Of a DNA stretch of 64,000 bases, positions 1-12,369 are shown piece by piece. Position 1 is the first letter of the stretch, and each line of letters starts with the position of its first letter. A program made the position numbers and the translations under genes. The notes under the pieces are model-generated. The model saw only the letters and a program-made list of their open reading frames with translations. It searched no databases and was not told where the DNA came from. The DNA lies in the NCBI GenBank assembly GCA_013265495.1, contig MU058016.1, positions 1-64,000 on the forward strand, read 5' to 3'. This DNA comes from Vicugna vicugna. Taxonomy: Eukaryota.

Positions 1-7
1 AACAGAA

Positions 8-200
8 CAATGGTCTAAAATATGGGTATGCACCAGGTATACCTGGGAATTTCAAAATATACAGAGGCTTAGGGTCCATCCTGATCTAGTGGATCAGGAT
101 TTCTGATGGGATCAGGATTTCTGATGACAGGACCCATAATTTTGAATTTTTACAAGTTGTACGCCTAATTCTTGGATACATTGAAATTTAAGAGGCATTC
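8..200. mobile_element. MER5-like hAT-Charlie non-autonomous DNA transposon remnant
   Basis: Degenerate MER5-type layout with a central palindrome ATCCTGATC-tagtg-GATCAGGAT (78-100). Family is from recalled similarity. Confidence 0.45.
91..126 (+). repeat. Perfect 18-bp tandem duplication (GGATCAGGATTTCTGATG x2)
   Basis: Directly visible: 91-108 and 109-126 are identical. Confidence 0.95.
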
Positions 201-685
201 CTCTGGAAGATGCATGATATATCACATAGATAAGGAAAGTACCACAGATAAAACAAAAATACAAAAAAAAAAAAAAGGCATCAAGTTCTACCTAATGAGA
301 TCAGAAAGAGCCCCCTGAAGAGAAAGCCTTAAAGCTGAGTCTTAGCAAATGAGAAATTCACCAAGCAGGTAAGTAGGCAAAGGCAACGCACATGCAAAAG
401 AGGTAATCCATGTGGAAATAAACAAAGGCATGAGAATAGCGTGGTATGTTTGAGGAACTGCAAATAGCCAGGTAAAGATGGAGGGCTTGCATAGGGAAAG
501 CCCAGGGGATGAAGTTGGAAAGATAAGCAGAAGACACCAGACCATGAAGGACCTTGTATGTACTATGAAAATTTTTGATTCTATCTCATAGGCCATAAGG
601 AGTTACTGAAGTTTTGTAATCAAGGAAGTGATACTATTAGACAAGTTGTAAATAGTAAGGGAGGATTAGATGGAAGCAGGGAGAT

Positions 686-723
686 ACACTATCCTGGGTG
701 AGAAACACTATCCTGGGTGAGAA
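686..723 (+). repeat. Perfect 19-bp tandem duplication (ACACTATCCTGGGTGAGAA x2)
   Basis: Directly visible: 686-704 and 705-723 are identical. Confidence 0.95.
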
Positions 724-959
724 ATGATGAGGACCTCAACTAAAATAGTGTAGTCAAGGGGAAAAGGAAGGACAAATAGAATAGACTTTTAGGGAGTAGT
801 AATGGTCTGTCCAGGTGATCAAATGAATTGTGAAGAGAGAAGGAAGAAAATTAATAGTTTCTAATTTGAGAGACTGACTAGATTATGCACATATTGGAAA
901 CAGTAATAATAGTTTAAGATTTAGAGAACATGTGTCATGTTCTAGGACTGTCCTGAGAG

Positions 960-1140
960 CTCTGTCCATTCAATACTCATTCGCCACCAAGAGACAGATA
1001 TTATGCCAATTTTAAAGACCAGGAAACTGAGGCACAGATAGGTGGATTAATTAGCCCAAGGTCACCAACTGGAAAATGACAAAGTTGGGTTTGAACCTAG
1101 GCAGTCTGCTCTCACAGCCTATATTCTTGATTGCTCTGCG
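960..1140 (-). mobile_element. MIR SINE
   Basis: Antisense MIR core: ggaaactgaggcacaga...gcccaaggtcac...gggtttgaacctaggcagtctg. Confidence 0.85.
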
Positions 1141-3089
1141 GTACTCCTGAATATAGACAATGTGGAGAAGTATAGGGGAATTCAGGAACTAGAGTTGGGT
1201 TTGTAGGAGACATTGTGGTCCCTTTGGGAAACTTGTTGAGATGCCATGCAGGCAGCTGAGGCTTTGGATCTGGAGGATAGCAGAACAGTCATCTCAGACA
1301 TTTAGACCTGGGAGTCGTTTAGCATGTAGACAGTCTGACACTACTGACGTAAAGGAGATGCCTAGGAAAACCAGGCGAAGTGAGAAGAGAAGCAGCCTAA
1401 GAATAGCATTAATAACACTGCAGAGGGAAGCAGACATATATAAATGTTTATAATATAATGTTATATTTAGATATCTATAGGTTTAGATCTACTTATCTCT
1501 CTATATATATACTTCATTATAAACAGAATCTCATTTCTTTGAGAGAAAAGGCTACTTTTTCAATTATTAGAAAATACTAAAAATTATATTTTGAAAAAGA
1601 AATGAAAAAATTACTTGTCAGGGTTTTCACATACTTCTCTGTTGGCCTAAAATTATAGGAGAGGAAAGTCATGGCGGTGGGGAGATGGGGGGAGGGGTGG
1701 TGGAAACACTGTTAAATGAAAACAAAGCAATATGACTTTCTCGTTCAGATTATTTATGGGCTGTGAGGGAAATGGTAAAGCTACCACACACGTGGCTAAA
1801 TATACAGACTATATAATGTTAGCAAGATTACATCAAATTATTTTTTAAAGGATTATTCCCCAAAGACCCATGATATTGCTCTGAGACATTTCAGCCAAAA
1901 TATTAATGGATTACCATGATCTAATGTGAAACTGTGAAAGTGGCACACACGTCATTTTGGTGGCAAGGAAAACTCTGGGTTACAAAAATTCTGGGTTACT
2001 TTCATCTCTCCCAGCTTCAATAATAACCTACTTTGTTCTGTAACAATGAGATTCCATGTCACAATCACTACTGATCTGCCAAGTATGAATACTACTTAAC
2101 TTCGTGCTTTTCCCTGAGGATTTACATATAAACCTGACAGCATCATTTAGTACCATTTTCTGGCTCTACTCAGTAAAGGCACAATATTAGCAGGAATGAG
2201 GATTAAATACTAAGTCACACCTTAAAAGATGGCCTAAACTGGAAAGCAATATTAGAAATAGTATTCTTAATCTTTGAATAAGTCCATGTGATCCAGACCT
2301 CCAGAATTTTAATTTTATTGACTATTAAAACATAATGTTTAAGAATTTTAACTTATAAACTCAAAATTTGTTTTCTTTGTATATGAATCTATCCAAAGTA
2401 TATTCTTCTAATTACTATTTTAACCAAAATATCCTTAATTTCATATTTATTTTTAAAGAGTGAAAGATAGAGTACAGTGGAGTAGAAAGAAAGTATCAGA
2501 AAAGCCCAAGTCTATGCCAGAGCCTGGCACTGTTCCTACTACGCAGTTGAGGATCAGTAACTATTGAATGACCATGGCTTCAGTTGCCAAGATGTTAGAT
2601 AAACTGTGACTTTTCAGGTTAGATAGACAATGTTTGTAAAGTGTGCTGCTGTCCCAATATGTATGTCCTGTACTGATGTTTCCTGGTGGGCACTAACTTA
2701 ATGTTAAAAAATTCATCCTTTCTCATGAAAGTTTTCTAAATGTTCTCTTGGTTCATTCTTGCTCAGAAAATCCCTTCACTGTTTCAAATGAAAGGGAAAA
2801 AATAAAACATTGGCCTACAAGACATTATCTCATATAGCGAGCAGTAGTACTGCAATACTGTATATTCAGTAGAGTATAAACCGCATATATATCTTAACAT
2901 TTTTTTTGATTCACTACTCCTATTGAGAGATGTTTCATCTTATATAAGTTCTACTTTTGTTCTTCAAGCAGTTAAATGAAGTATTGCCCTCTTAGTGATG
3001 GAACAGAATTTGATCTTTTTTCTCTAAGTTTGCTTCCATTATAGGAATTTCTCTGTAGGAGAAGGAGATAATGTAAGAAAATATGTATG

Positions 3090-3200
3090 GCTGGGGTTTG
3101 TAGCACTAACTAGCTGTGTAGACTTGGGGCATATTCATAAGTTTTCTGGGCTTCAGTTCTCTGTAAAAAAAAAAGGGGGGTGGATATTTAATTAAATGAC
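3090..3200 (+). mobile_element. MIR SINE fragment
   Basis: cactaactagctgtgtagacttggg...ctgggcttcagttctctgtaaaa resembles the MIR core. Confidence 0.6.
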
Positions 3201-3877
3201 AGTAGAGAGTCACTGATTCTCCTTCTTTAAATCTGTCACATTAATTTTCTCATGTTTTTATTTTGGAAAGGCATTTTTCTTACCGCTTTTCTAGTTTATG
3301 TTAAGGGCTTTTAAATTAAAATACCAATGTCAATCAACTATGTTTTCTCTGACTGGAAACTGTTTGAAATTCTTTGTAACTACGATTTATTATTTCTGCA
3401 TCTGAGTTCACATATTCTGACTTCATAAGCAGGCAGAAAAGCAATCAACACGAATACGGTGATGGTATTCCTGAGTGCTGCATAATTTTCTTTGAAAATA
3501 CAGTGAGTATTTTCCCTTTATCTCCATCAAAAGAGTATGAAATTCAAGTGATAGAATTATTTTTCCCCTTAAGAAAATTATCCCCTTGTGTAAAACATTT
3601 AATTCATTTTCTCTTTTTCTTCTTTTTAACCACTTTCCATTCTTATTCATTTTCCGGACAGGTCTACAAGCAGCCCCTTAAGCAAATTCTCACTTTAGAT
3701 CATCTGCAACAGTAAATGTCTCGGGATTTTTAACTCTGCAATTCATCACAGAGGGAGAAATTAAAGAAAACATTTGCTCAGAAGCAAATCTCTTCCAAAA
3801 TAAAATGCTTCATACACGAATTAATTATCTAAACATAACCACGTCACCTACTCTTTAATTTGCTTACTCATAATTCC

Positions 3878-4089
3878 TAGGGTTATCAGATAAAATATAG
3901 GATGTCTTGTTAAATTTGGATTTCAGATAAACTGAATAAGTTTTAGTATAATTAGGCATACAATATTTACAACATATACTGAAATTATTCTTACACTAAA
4001 TGATTAATATATTAAAGATCATTTGTTATTATCTGAAGTTCAAATTTAACTGGATAGCCTGTCTTTTTATTTGTTCAATCTGGCCACCT
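3878..4089. mobile_element. MER53-like palindromic hAT MITE
   Basis: Ends tagggttatcagataaaat... and ...aatctggccacct. Internal inverted arms gttaaatttggatttcagataa / ttatctgaagttcaaatttaac. About 210 bp. Confidence 0.85.
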
Positions 4090-4179
4090 TTCTTAATTCT
4101 AATTTGTAAAAAGAATTAGGGTGATCAGGTGGCTGAACATAAATTTCAAGTGGCCTTCAATTTCTAATGTGAACATTAG

Positions 4180-4400
4180 TAGTTGGCAGGTGGCTTTTCT
4201 CTAAATGGTTTTTCAGGGACCTAAGCTCCTCTCAAATTGTGGCTCTGTGATTCCAAAGCCTTAGAGGGAGCCCCCTGCATCCACTGACAGAAGGAGGGAG
4301 AAGGATGGATAAGGAACACCCACTAACTGCCTTGACCCAGTAGTGACAGTTTCCACTCCAAACTAGTGGTGAGAAGTAGTCATATGACATCTTTTTCAGG
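4180..4400 (-). mobile_element. Old MaLR LTR (MLT1-type) fragment
   Basis: tcagggacctaagctcctctcaaattgtggctctg...ttgacccagtagtgaca...tggtgagaagtagtcatatg resembles antisense MLT1J/K/L. Confidence 0.5.
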
Positions 4401-6149
4401 ACTTATGATAACTATAGTAACACCCCGTTCTCTTGTATCTGGGCTCCTGGGCAAAGTTTCTGTCACCCCACTGTGACCATGTCCCTTGCTGGCTTCAGTC
4501 CCCATGGGTATGGATATTAAATCTGTGGCCACTATTGGGAAGCTGCATCTCCTGAATTAAGCCTTTATGGAAGAATTCTGACATACCTGAAATGACACAA
4601 GGCTACTTCTTGCTTTTCATACACTAACAAAGAGCTCCAGTCCTATATGGAAGTGAAACTTGCTCAGACTGCTTGAGACCTGGCTTTCCACACTTTTCCC
4701 CCCAAGGAGAAAATGGAATCAGTGTGTTTATTTTTCTCTCTGCCACTCAAAGGAATTTCTCTCCCATTTTCCTTCTTTCTTAAGAGCTTTAAATACTCCA
4801 CACAGATGAGCCTGCCCTATCAGCATTTAGCTCTTCAAGTCAAAATATTCCTCTTTAATAGGAATGTAATCAAAATGCAGGTAAGTGCATTTTTCACGAA
4901 AATCCTTAAGATACAAATTCTTGAAACATTTCACTGTCCCTTAGCAAGATTCTCACTCTTTTGTAAAAAGCAGCTCGTAATTCATGGTATTTCTAAGACT
5001 TCTTCCTGTTTGGGGAGCTGCACTGAGGACCCTACTCAACTGACAGAGTCCTACAAAGCCCTCCCTGATCTTCTTCCCAGGCATAGATGAATTACCACAT
5101 TTTTTGTCATCAAACATGTACTGTCTGTATGATACTTGCTCCTATATGAGGCACTGCACAGAGTTACCAAGATGTAAAATTCACCTTTTGTTAGTGGTAC
5201 TTCCTTTGTACTACATGCACAACACTTATTTGCTGAATGAATAAGGAAAAGTGTGGGATCTCTTGTGCCGTTGCGTGCCACTTCCGTGCTTTCAGGCCAA
5301 TGACTTTACTGCTAAGGAGTAGAGGCAGCACCACCATGGGGCAGATCTCCAAGATCTCACGTGTACAAAGGGCTCTGAGAGATCATGACAAACACTCTCA
5401 GAGCCTAACAATAAAAAAGTATATATATTCATCGAACATGTTCCCACTTCATTCACATAGTCATCTGCACAAATTACATTCCATATAGTAAAAAATATTT
5501 CAACCATTTTTTTTAAAGAAAGAAAATTGACTTTAAGGTATTTCATTTATATAATTTGTTGAACTGAACATTGTAACTTATTTACTTGAAATTGCTTACA
5601 ACAAATAAAAGTTATTATGGACTATGGAAAACAAAGACATTATTTTTTTTAAAGTAGTTACTAAATCACATACCCTTAAAATACATAATTTTGACTGACA
5701 TATTAGGACCACAAGTGATTTCAATCAATGAGAACTCAACTATTCCCTGGACAGTAAGAGAATACCTGGGGAGAGGTGTTACCTGATGCCTGTATTCAAA
5801 ATGCAAGAATTACATTACAATGGATATGGCTATCAGAAGCAATAGATTAATATTTAATCACTAAGATTAAAATACTGTAGCCAGAGGAAAAGGTTTATGA
5901 GAAAATAGAACAAAGACAGGAAATTTGCCTCCTAGGACTAAAAAGAGTAACTGCAGAAGACTTGCCTCAAGTATTACCATCTATAGTCTCAGTGTTCACT
6001 GGATAAAGCTTAAATTGCTTATCTAGGTACTCAACACAGACTACACTCTGATTTCAGCAATTATGTTCCGTCTCAGCTTCACTTTCTCCTCTTTTGCCTC
6101 TGGCCACATAATTGACCTATAGAGCAGTTTACCAGACCGTAAACTCACA

Positions 6150-7760
6150 GGCAGGCAGAGCGCCCAATCAGCATTTTAGTGCTTAAGTATTAAATATTAA
6201 CACATAAACAAAGGTCATCATACACCTTAGGGAAAGCAACTAACATGAAGAGAATCAAATAATCAAACCATGAGAGGAATTTAGAGTAGATAGAGATCTT
6301 GCAGAGAACAGAATTATGAAAACACAAAACACCCATTTAATTAATTTCCTCAGAGAAAGATAAGAAACAAAAACAGGATACTATTTAAAAGGAATAATCA
6401 GAGAATACAAATGAGCAACTGGAAACAAAAAATAAATAAATAAAACAACCCAAGTTAAAAATAAATTAGTAAAGATTTGGAGGATAAAGCCATGGAAATT
6501 TTAAGGAGGACAAAGTAGATGACTACAGGAAAAATAAATTAAGAAAATTAAAGGCTTAATCAAGAAGACCCAATATCTGACTAATTGGCTTAAGAAGGGC
6601 AGTGTTTCTTTCACGGCTATAACCTCCAGTACAGAATCACAATGCCTGACAAAGAGAGGGTAGGTACTTACTAACTGTGTTTGTTGAATGAGTAAATGAA
6701 TGTTCCGAAAGAACAGAGAGCTAGTGTTGGAAACTAAAGAAGAAAATAGAGTATTTCCCAAAATGAAGAACATGCATCATATGAAATGGCCCACTAAGTG
6801 TCCAGCATGACTATTAAAAAAGTTCACATAAACAACGCTCATTATCATGAACTTTCAGATCAAGGATACAGTAAAGATCCTAAACCCAAGAGCAAAATCA
6901 AGTCAATTACAAAGAATTAGAGATCAAAATGGTTTGAATTCCTCCAAGAAATATTAGAAGCCAGAAGTCAAAACTATAATGCCTTCAAATTTTAAGAGAA
7001 AATTATTTCTTAGCCCAGAATTAACAATCAAATAGTAAGGTAAAGACATTTTTGTATGGAAAAAGTAACATAAAATTTCTGTCTCAAACATGTTTTTTCT
7101 CAGAAAACTACTGCAGGATCTGTTCCACCATAGAAAAGAGCAAACCAAGAAAGAGATTCACACAGATTCTATGAAATGAGATCAAATACAGAAGAGATGC
7201 AACAGGAATTCCAGGATGACAGCAAAAGAAATCCCTGGATGACAAAAGCTCAGCTCAGCAAACCTAAAGAGCAATTAGACCAGATGGAAGCCAGAGAAGG
7301 GAGAGTTCCAGCAGGAATGTTTCCAAGGGAAAAAAAAAAAAAACCTGGGAGCAATAGATCTGACACGTTTGACCATGTGGAAAATTATAGAGTTACTGGA
7401 GAATGTAGAAGGGACTAGCACAGAGACAAAGAAAACTAAAACTCTTTTTTTAAAAATTTCAGGAAAACAAGTTACACATGAAAGGAAATTAATCATGGCT
7501 CAGCAGTAAAATCTATTTACAGAGTTATGAAACTAAAAAAATTGATGCATTTAATAAAAATTTATTTCATTATCTATTACTGGGAGAATATGTAGAAAGG
7601 ATAAAAGAACTAAAATCTTCATTTTCAGACTAGAGAAAGGAGGGAAGCTGTGGAGTATGCTGGGAAAGACAGAGCTGTAACTTTTTATTCTAAGCTGTCT
7701 ATCTCTGTCAGGCCTTTTAAATCCATGTAAATAGATTACTTTGATCGTAATGTTTAAAGT
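6150..7760 (+). mobile_element. HAL1 or ancient L1 ORF1-region remnant, interrupted by an L2 3' tail at about 6590-6703
   Basis: A-rich degenerate ORF1-like motifs: aagaagacccaatatctgactaattgg; aaagatcctaaa; tagaagccagaag...aatgccttcaaattttaagagaaaatta. The L2 tail ends tgttgaatgagtaaatgaatg. Confidence 0.65.
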
Positions 7761-7989
7761 TAATAAGTACTTTTTAAGTGCTATAATGTAGTTAACAGAT
7801 TGGCGGCTCATTGTTTTAAAATCATATTTAATCAATGAATTTGGGATTAATTGGATTTAAAAATTAGAAGTTTCATTATATGTAGTCAGAAATGGCTTAG
7901 CAGAACAATTTCAAAATAATTGATGCCATATAAAGCCATCAGATAAAGTATCAGTGTGGTAAGCAACAATAGCACAAACCATCTGGCAT

Positions 7990-8225
7990 AGCACCATGGT
8001 GAACAATGTTCACCTGGAGCCATGCTGCCAGCCTTTGAACTTGGCACCACCATTTACTAGCAATGCGGCGTTAGGTAAGTGACTTCACCTCTCTTACTCA
8101 ATTCGTATGTAAAATGGGGACAGTTCTGGTTCCAGCTTCATGTGGATTCTGTGAGTTATTTCATGGAAAATACTGAGAATAGAACTAACCTAAAGAAAGC
8201 ACTCAATAAATTGTCAATTACCATT
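7990..8225 (+). mobile_element. MIR SINE
   Basis: accatttactagc...aggtaagtgacttcacctctc...tgtaaaatgggga...aagcactcaataaatt. Confidence 0.8.
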
Positions 8226-9028
8226 TTTTACTTACTCTAAAATGTAAAAAAGCTTCTGTGAACAAACAAGATATTTACTAAGTTCATGCACATATTTTAT
8301 TTGGTTATTAAAAAGCCATCTGTATTCTTCTACTCCCATAGTGTGAGCCATGTCCTGCATTCTCCTTTATTTTTTCCTATGTTGTCTCCCCGTCTCCCTT
8401 ATTTCAATACTTATTATCTTACTGGAACAACTGTTAAGTTTTGGTAATTGAGGAGAAAATGACATAAGATCCATGCTTAAGGAAATAACTTTCACACCAC
8501 TGAAGAAAATAATACAACATTTATAATAGACAACTAATACAAGACTAATAACACTTGCTCTTCAGACACCAGGGGGAAAAATAGACTTAAACTCATGTTG
8601 CACTTTTAAAGCAATTTTTAAAATTAAAATTATAAGTGAAAATTATCCTTTGAGACTGCAATTCATTCATCAATGTTGAATACAAAGACTTGGTACCTCT
8701 CTAGCTCTCAACACTTTCCTGAACTGACACGATTCATTACTGTCAGGTGAGTTTTAAACTAAGAGGGATGGCTTTGAACACTCACTGCTCTTCAGCACAG
8801 GAAACATGCAAGAAATGGCACAAGAAACTTCAAACCACCCTCCTGTTCTTAGACTCAGTTTTTCATTCAGTTTGGCAATTTAGTGCCTGTATAACAAATA
8901 TCGGTACCTTTCAGTTGTATTCTTTCGTGAAGCTGTATTTTCATTTGAGGAAAAAAAAAAAGTTAATACTTCAAATACAGGGCACATGGAAGAAACTAGA
9001 AAAATCTCCAAAGCAAAAATTCTTCTCC

Positions 9029-9090
9029 TACAAAAAAACAAAAACAAAAACAAAACAAACAAACAAAAAAAACAGACAAACCAACCAATC
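9029..9090 (+). repeat. (A)nC / AAAC simple repeat
   Basis: Visible low-complexity tract. Confidence 0.85.
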
Positions 9091-9499
9091 AACCCTGACT
9101 CTGGTGTCATAGAAACAACTACTTTCAAATTAAATTCTAAAGCATTCTAACAGATGACTTTTGGTAAAGACTACTTGAAATAGCTTCTGGCTAAGTCCAG
9201 ATTTTCAGCACAGTTGCATTTTAAGTGTAAGGGGAAATGCCTTCACACAGCCACATTTCCTCAACATAAACAAGGTGTCCTCAAGACAGCCCTCAGAGGC
9301 TCCACCCACTCCCACCTGACCAAATGTTACTGGTCTTCACCAGCAGCAACCCTGTCCACCACAAAATACCTCCCACAAATTTAGTTCAGCCCAAGAGAAG
9401 TAACACTTAAAAATTCTTCTCAAAAATAAAACAAAATCAAAACAGGAAAAACTGACATTTTTATATTGCCCTTCTGTCTTCCAGGACATCAGGATACAA

Positions 9500-9670
9500 T
9501 GGACAAAACACAGGCTAAGAGTCAAGAAACCTAGTTCTAACACCAAAATCTGATTTAATTTCTCTGGGTCTACATTTCTTTTCTGTAAAGTAGTGGTGAT
9601 TCTTATTGGCACACGTCACTGCATCCTTGAGAAATCAAATGAGCTAATTGATGTGAAAGGACTCAGAAAC
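9500..9670 (+). mobile_element. MIR SINE fragment
   Basis: gagtcaagaaacctagttcta...tctctgggtctacatttcttttctgtaaa...atcaaatgagcta. Confidence 0.6.
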
Positions 9671-9854
9671 CATCTTTTTTATTCCAATTGATATAATTTA
9701 TATTTTTAACAAATATTTGTTGAGCATGGCCAGCACTATTCTACATCTGGGGCACTTAACAATGAGCAATGAAAGTCCTTATCTCCACTGAGCTTTCATT
9801 AAAAAAAAAGATACACATACACATGTAATATTTGTACATAATACATATATACTG

Positions 9855-10292
9855 CCTATATTATCAGGGTTCTCCAGAGAAATAGAACCAATAAGATGTG
9901 TATGTATGTGTGTGTGCAGTGTGTGTGTACAGATAGAGAGAGAGATTTTCATTTTAAGGAACTAGCTCATGTGATTGTGGAGTCTTGGCAAGTCCAAAAT
10001 CTGATGAGGTAGGCTAGCAGACTAAAGACCCAGAGAAGAGTTACAGTTTGAATCCAAAAGCAGTCTGCTATCAGAATTCCCTTTGGCTTGGGGGAGGTTA
10101 GTCTTTAAGACCTTCAACTGACTGGATAAGGCCCACTACATTATAGAAGGTAATCTGTTTTACTCAAAGTCCACTGATTTAAATGACAGTCTCATCCAAA
10201 AAGGCATCCTCATAGAAGCATCCAGATGACTATTTGACCAGGTATCTGGGCATGTGACTTAACCAAGCTGGCACATAAAATTAATCATCACA
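9855..10292 (-). mobile_element. MLT2 (ERVL) solo LTR with internal (TG)n(GA)n
   Basis: cagggttctccagagaaatagaaccaata...aaggaactagctcatgtgattgtggag...ggcacataaaattaatcatcaca. The last motif is the reverse complement of the MLT2 start TGTGATGGTTAATTTTATGTG. Confidence 0.9.
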
Positions 10293-10307
10293 TCATGTAA
10301 ATATATG

Positions 10308-12343
10308 CAGTCCTTGTTTAGTATGGTACTCTGAGACCATAAAAAGATCTGTGCAAGCTGTAACCATACAAATAATAGTCAAACGGGAAAATTACAATTG
10401 TTCATGGCTTTTAAAGAATTTTTATCAAAACATTAAAAAAAACTCTCCTATGGAAAATGGAACCCTCCTACACTGTTGGTGGGAATGTAATTTGGTGCAG
10501 CCACCATAGAAAACTATGTGGGTTCCTTAAAAAACTAAAAACAGACTTATCATATGATCCAGCAATTCCACTCCTGGGCACGTATTCAGAGAAAATTCTA
10601 ACTTGAAGAGATACATGCACCCCAATGTTCACAGCAGAACTATTTACAATAGCCAAGACATGGAAGAAATCTAAACGCCCATTGACAGATAAATGGATAA
10701 AGAAGATACACACACACACACCATGGAATATTAGCCATAAAAAAGAATGAAATCATGCCATTTGCAGCAACATGGATGGACTTAGAAATTATCATACCAA
10801 GTGAGGTAAGTCAAAGACAAATATATGATATCACTTATGTGTGAAATCTAAAAAATGATACCAATGAATTATATACAAAACAGAAACAGGCTCACAGACA
10901 TAGAAAACAATCTTATGGTTACCGGGGGAAAGTGGTGATGGGGGAGGTGGAGAGGTAAAATGGGAGTTTGAGATTTGCAGATACAACTACTATACATAAA
11001 ATAAACAACAAGTTTCTACTATATAGCACAGGGAACTACATTCAATATCTTGTAATAACCTATCATGAAAAAGAATATGAAAAAGAATACATGTAGATGT
11101 ATAACTAAATCATTTTGTTCTATACCAGAAACTAACACAACATAACAAATCAACTATATTTCAATTAAAAAACCTGCTCCTATCAGTTATAAATATATAG
11201 GGAAATGAAAAAATAGTAAAATATTTATATAGTATACTGTAGTTTAAAATATTAGAAACACTAACAATTTCAAGTGCTTTATCTGTAAAAAAAATTTATC
11301 AAGAGTGATTTGAATTACACTTCACACTTGCCTACTTTTTGTTGTATAACTTATAATACAGAGCAAGCACATTTTCTGTACCTTGGTGAACAGTCATACT
11401 TGTTTCTAAGCTTGGATCTAAGCCTCCACCATTTTATCTACTGCATTTTCAAAATCATGAAATGCCTCCCAGAGTTGCTTTCATCACTTCTCACAGGACA
11501 TCTTCATAATTTTCAGCACAGCTGCTTTTCTCATTTGTGTTGGTAAGCTTGCATTCACTAAATTTCTCTGGATGCAAATCTAGGGTCATTCAAATCTAAA
11601 AAGTGTTTACACTGGCAGGCAGTGTTAACATGTCCAGGTCAGCTCTTTCTTCTATAATTCCATTTATGTTCAATTCAAATATTGTAAAGTGATTTGTAAA
11701 GTGAGGTAAAAGGTTCACCATACTGCACACATATTACTATTTTAGCCATTAGTTCCCATAATGCTTGAGTGTTTTCAGTTGCATGCTTTATGACATTTTT
11801 CCAAAACTCTGCTAAAGAAATTGCATGATCTCTAGCTCAATACCCTGTCTGGAAGTCCACATCAGATAATAGGCTTTGGAAGTTGAAATAATATATGGTC
11901 CATTAGCTGGATGAATAAAGTGGTGTTTGATGGCAAAAAGCAAATTTCCACATTTTATTCAAGTCCATGAGAGAATGAAGGTGATCTGGAGCATAACACA
12001 ACGAGAGGAGTGCTTTAAAACTGCAATTACATGGATATATCACTAAGAATCAAGCAACACAACTCTATGCTTTGCAGTCTGTGCATGAGCTAAATAGCAA
12101 ATATATAGTAACCAATCACTAATAAACTTTGAAAGAAGTGATATGACTGGTCACTGACCAAGATGCACATGGGTTAATGTCATCATGACTTGTGGACTGG
12201 AGAGGTAGTCACAGAGTCTGTACTTAAATCACAGGTCATTTACTGTAGAAACTGAAATTTGAACCATGTTGCTGAGAGTCTGGTGTTATTTCACTAACTT
12301 GTGGTAACTAAACTTATGCATACAAGTATAATATTCTGCAAGG
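10308..12343 (-). mobile_element. Tigger (TcMar/pogo; Tigger12/13-like) deletion derivative, split by an L1 at 10451-11166
   Basis: Terminus CAGTCCT at 10308. The minus strand at about 11860-12020 translates (with frameshifts) to FKALLSLCYAPDH...NVEICFLPSNTTLFIQLMD...IISTSKAYYL, a decayed pogo DDE domain. 12070-12340 is reverse-complementary to the start of the copy at 13704. Confidence 0.8.
10451..11166 (+). mobile_element. 5'-truncated L1 (ORF2 C-terminus plus 3' UTR), artiodactyl/camelid type
   Basis: accctcctacactgttggtgggaatgta...atgatccagcaattccactcctggg...catttgcagcaacatggatggac. Degenerate TSD aaaaaaaactctcctat (10435-10451) / aaaaaacctgctcctat (11167-11183). Confidence 0.92.
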
Positions 12344-12369
12344 AAAAATACACACATAACTTTTCCTTA

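Larger units (their letters stand above)
290..1430 (-). mobile_element. L2 LINE fragments, interrupted by a MIR
   Basis: Purine-rich antisense L2 motifs, e.g. ggcatgagaatagcgtggtatgtttgaggaactgcaaatag and ttgagatgcc...gcagctg...tggatctggagg. Confidence 0.7.

Noticed and set aside
1615..1646. Minus-strand peptide ANREVCENPDK resembling the last exon of a CC chemokine
   Set aside because: Only 11 codons before a stop, no conserved W, and no other chemokine exons seen; likely chance.
1673..1703. G-quadruplex or promoter-like G-rich patch
   Set aside because: Only three runs of three or more G, and no CpG island or promoter context.
8747..9128. 121-aa and 82-aa ORFs
   Set aside because: Extended by an A/AAAC simple repeat; low-complexity K/T/N/Q or F/L/V translation.
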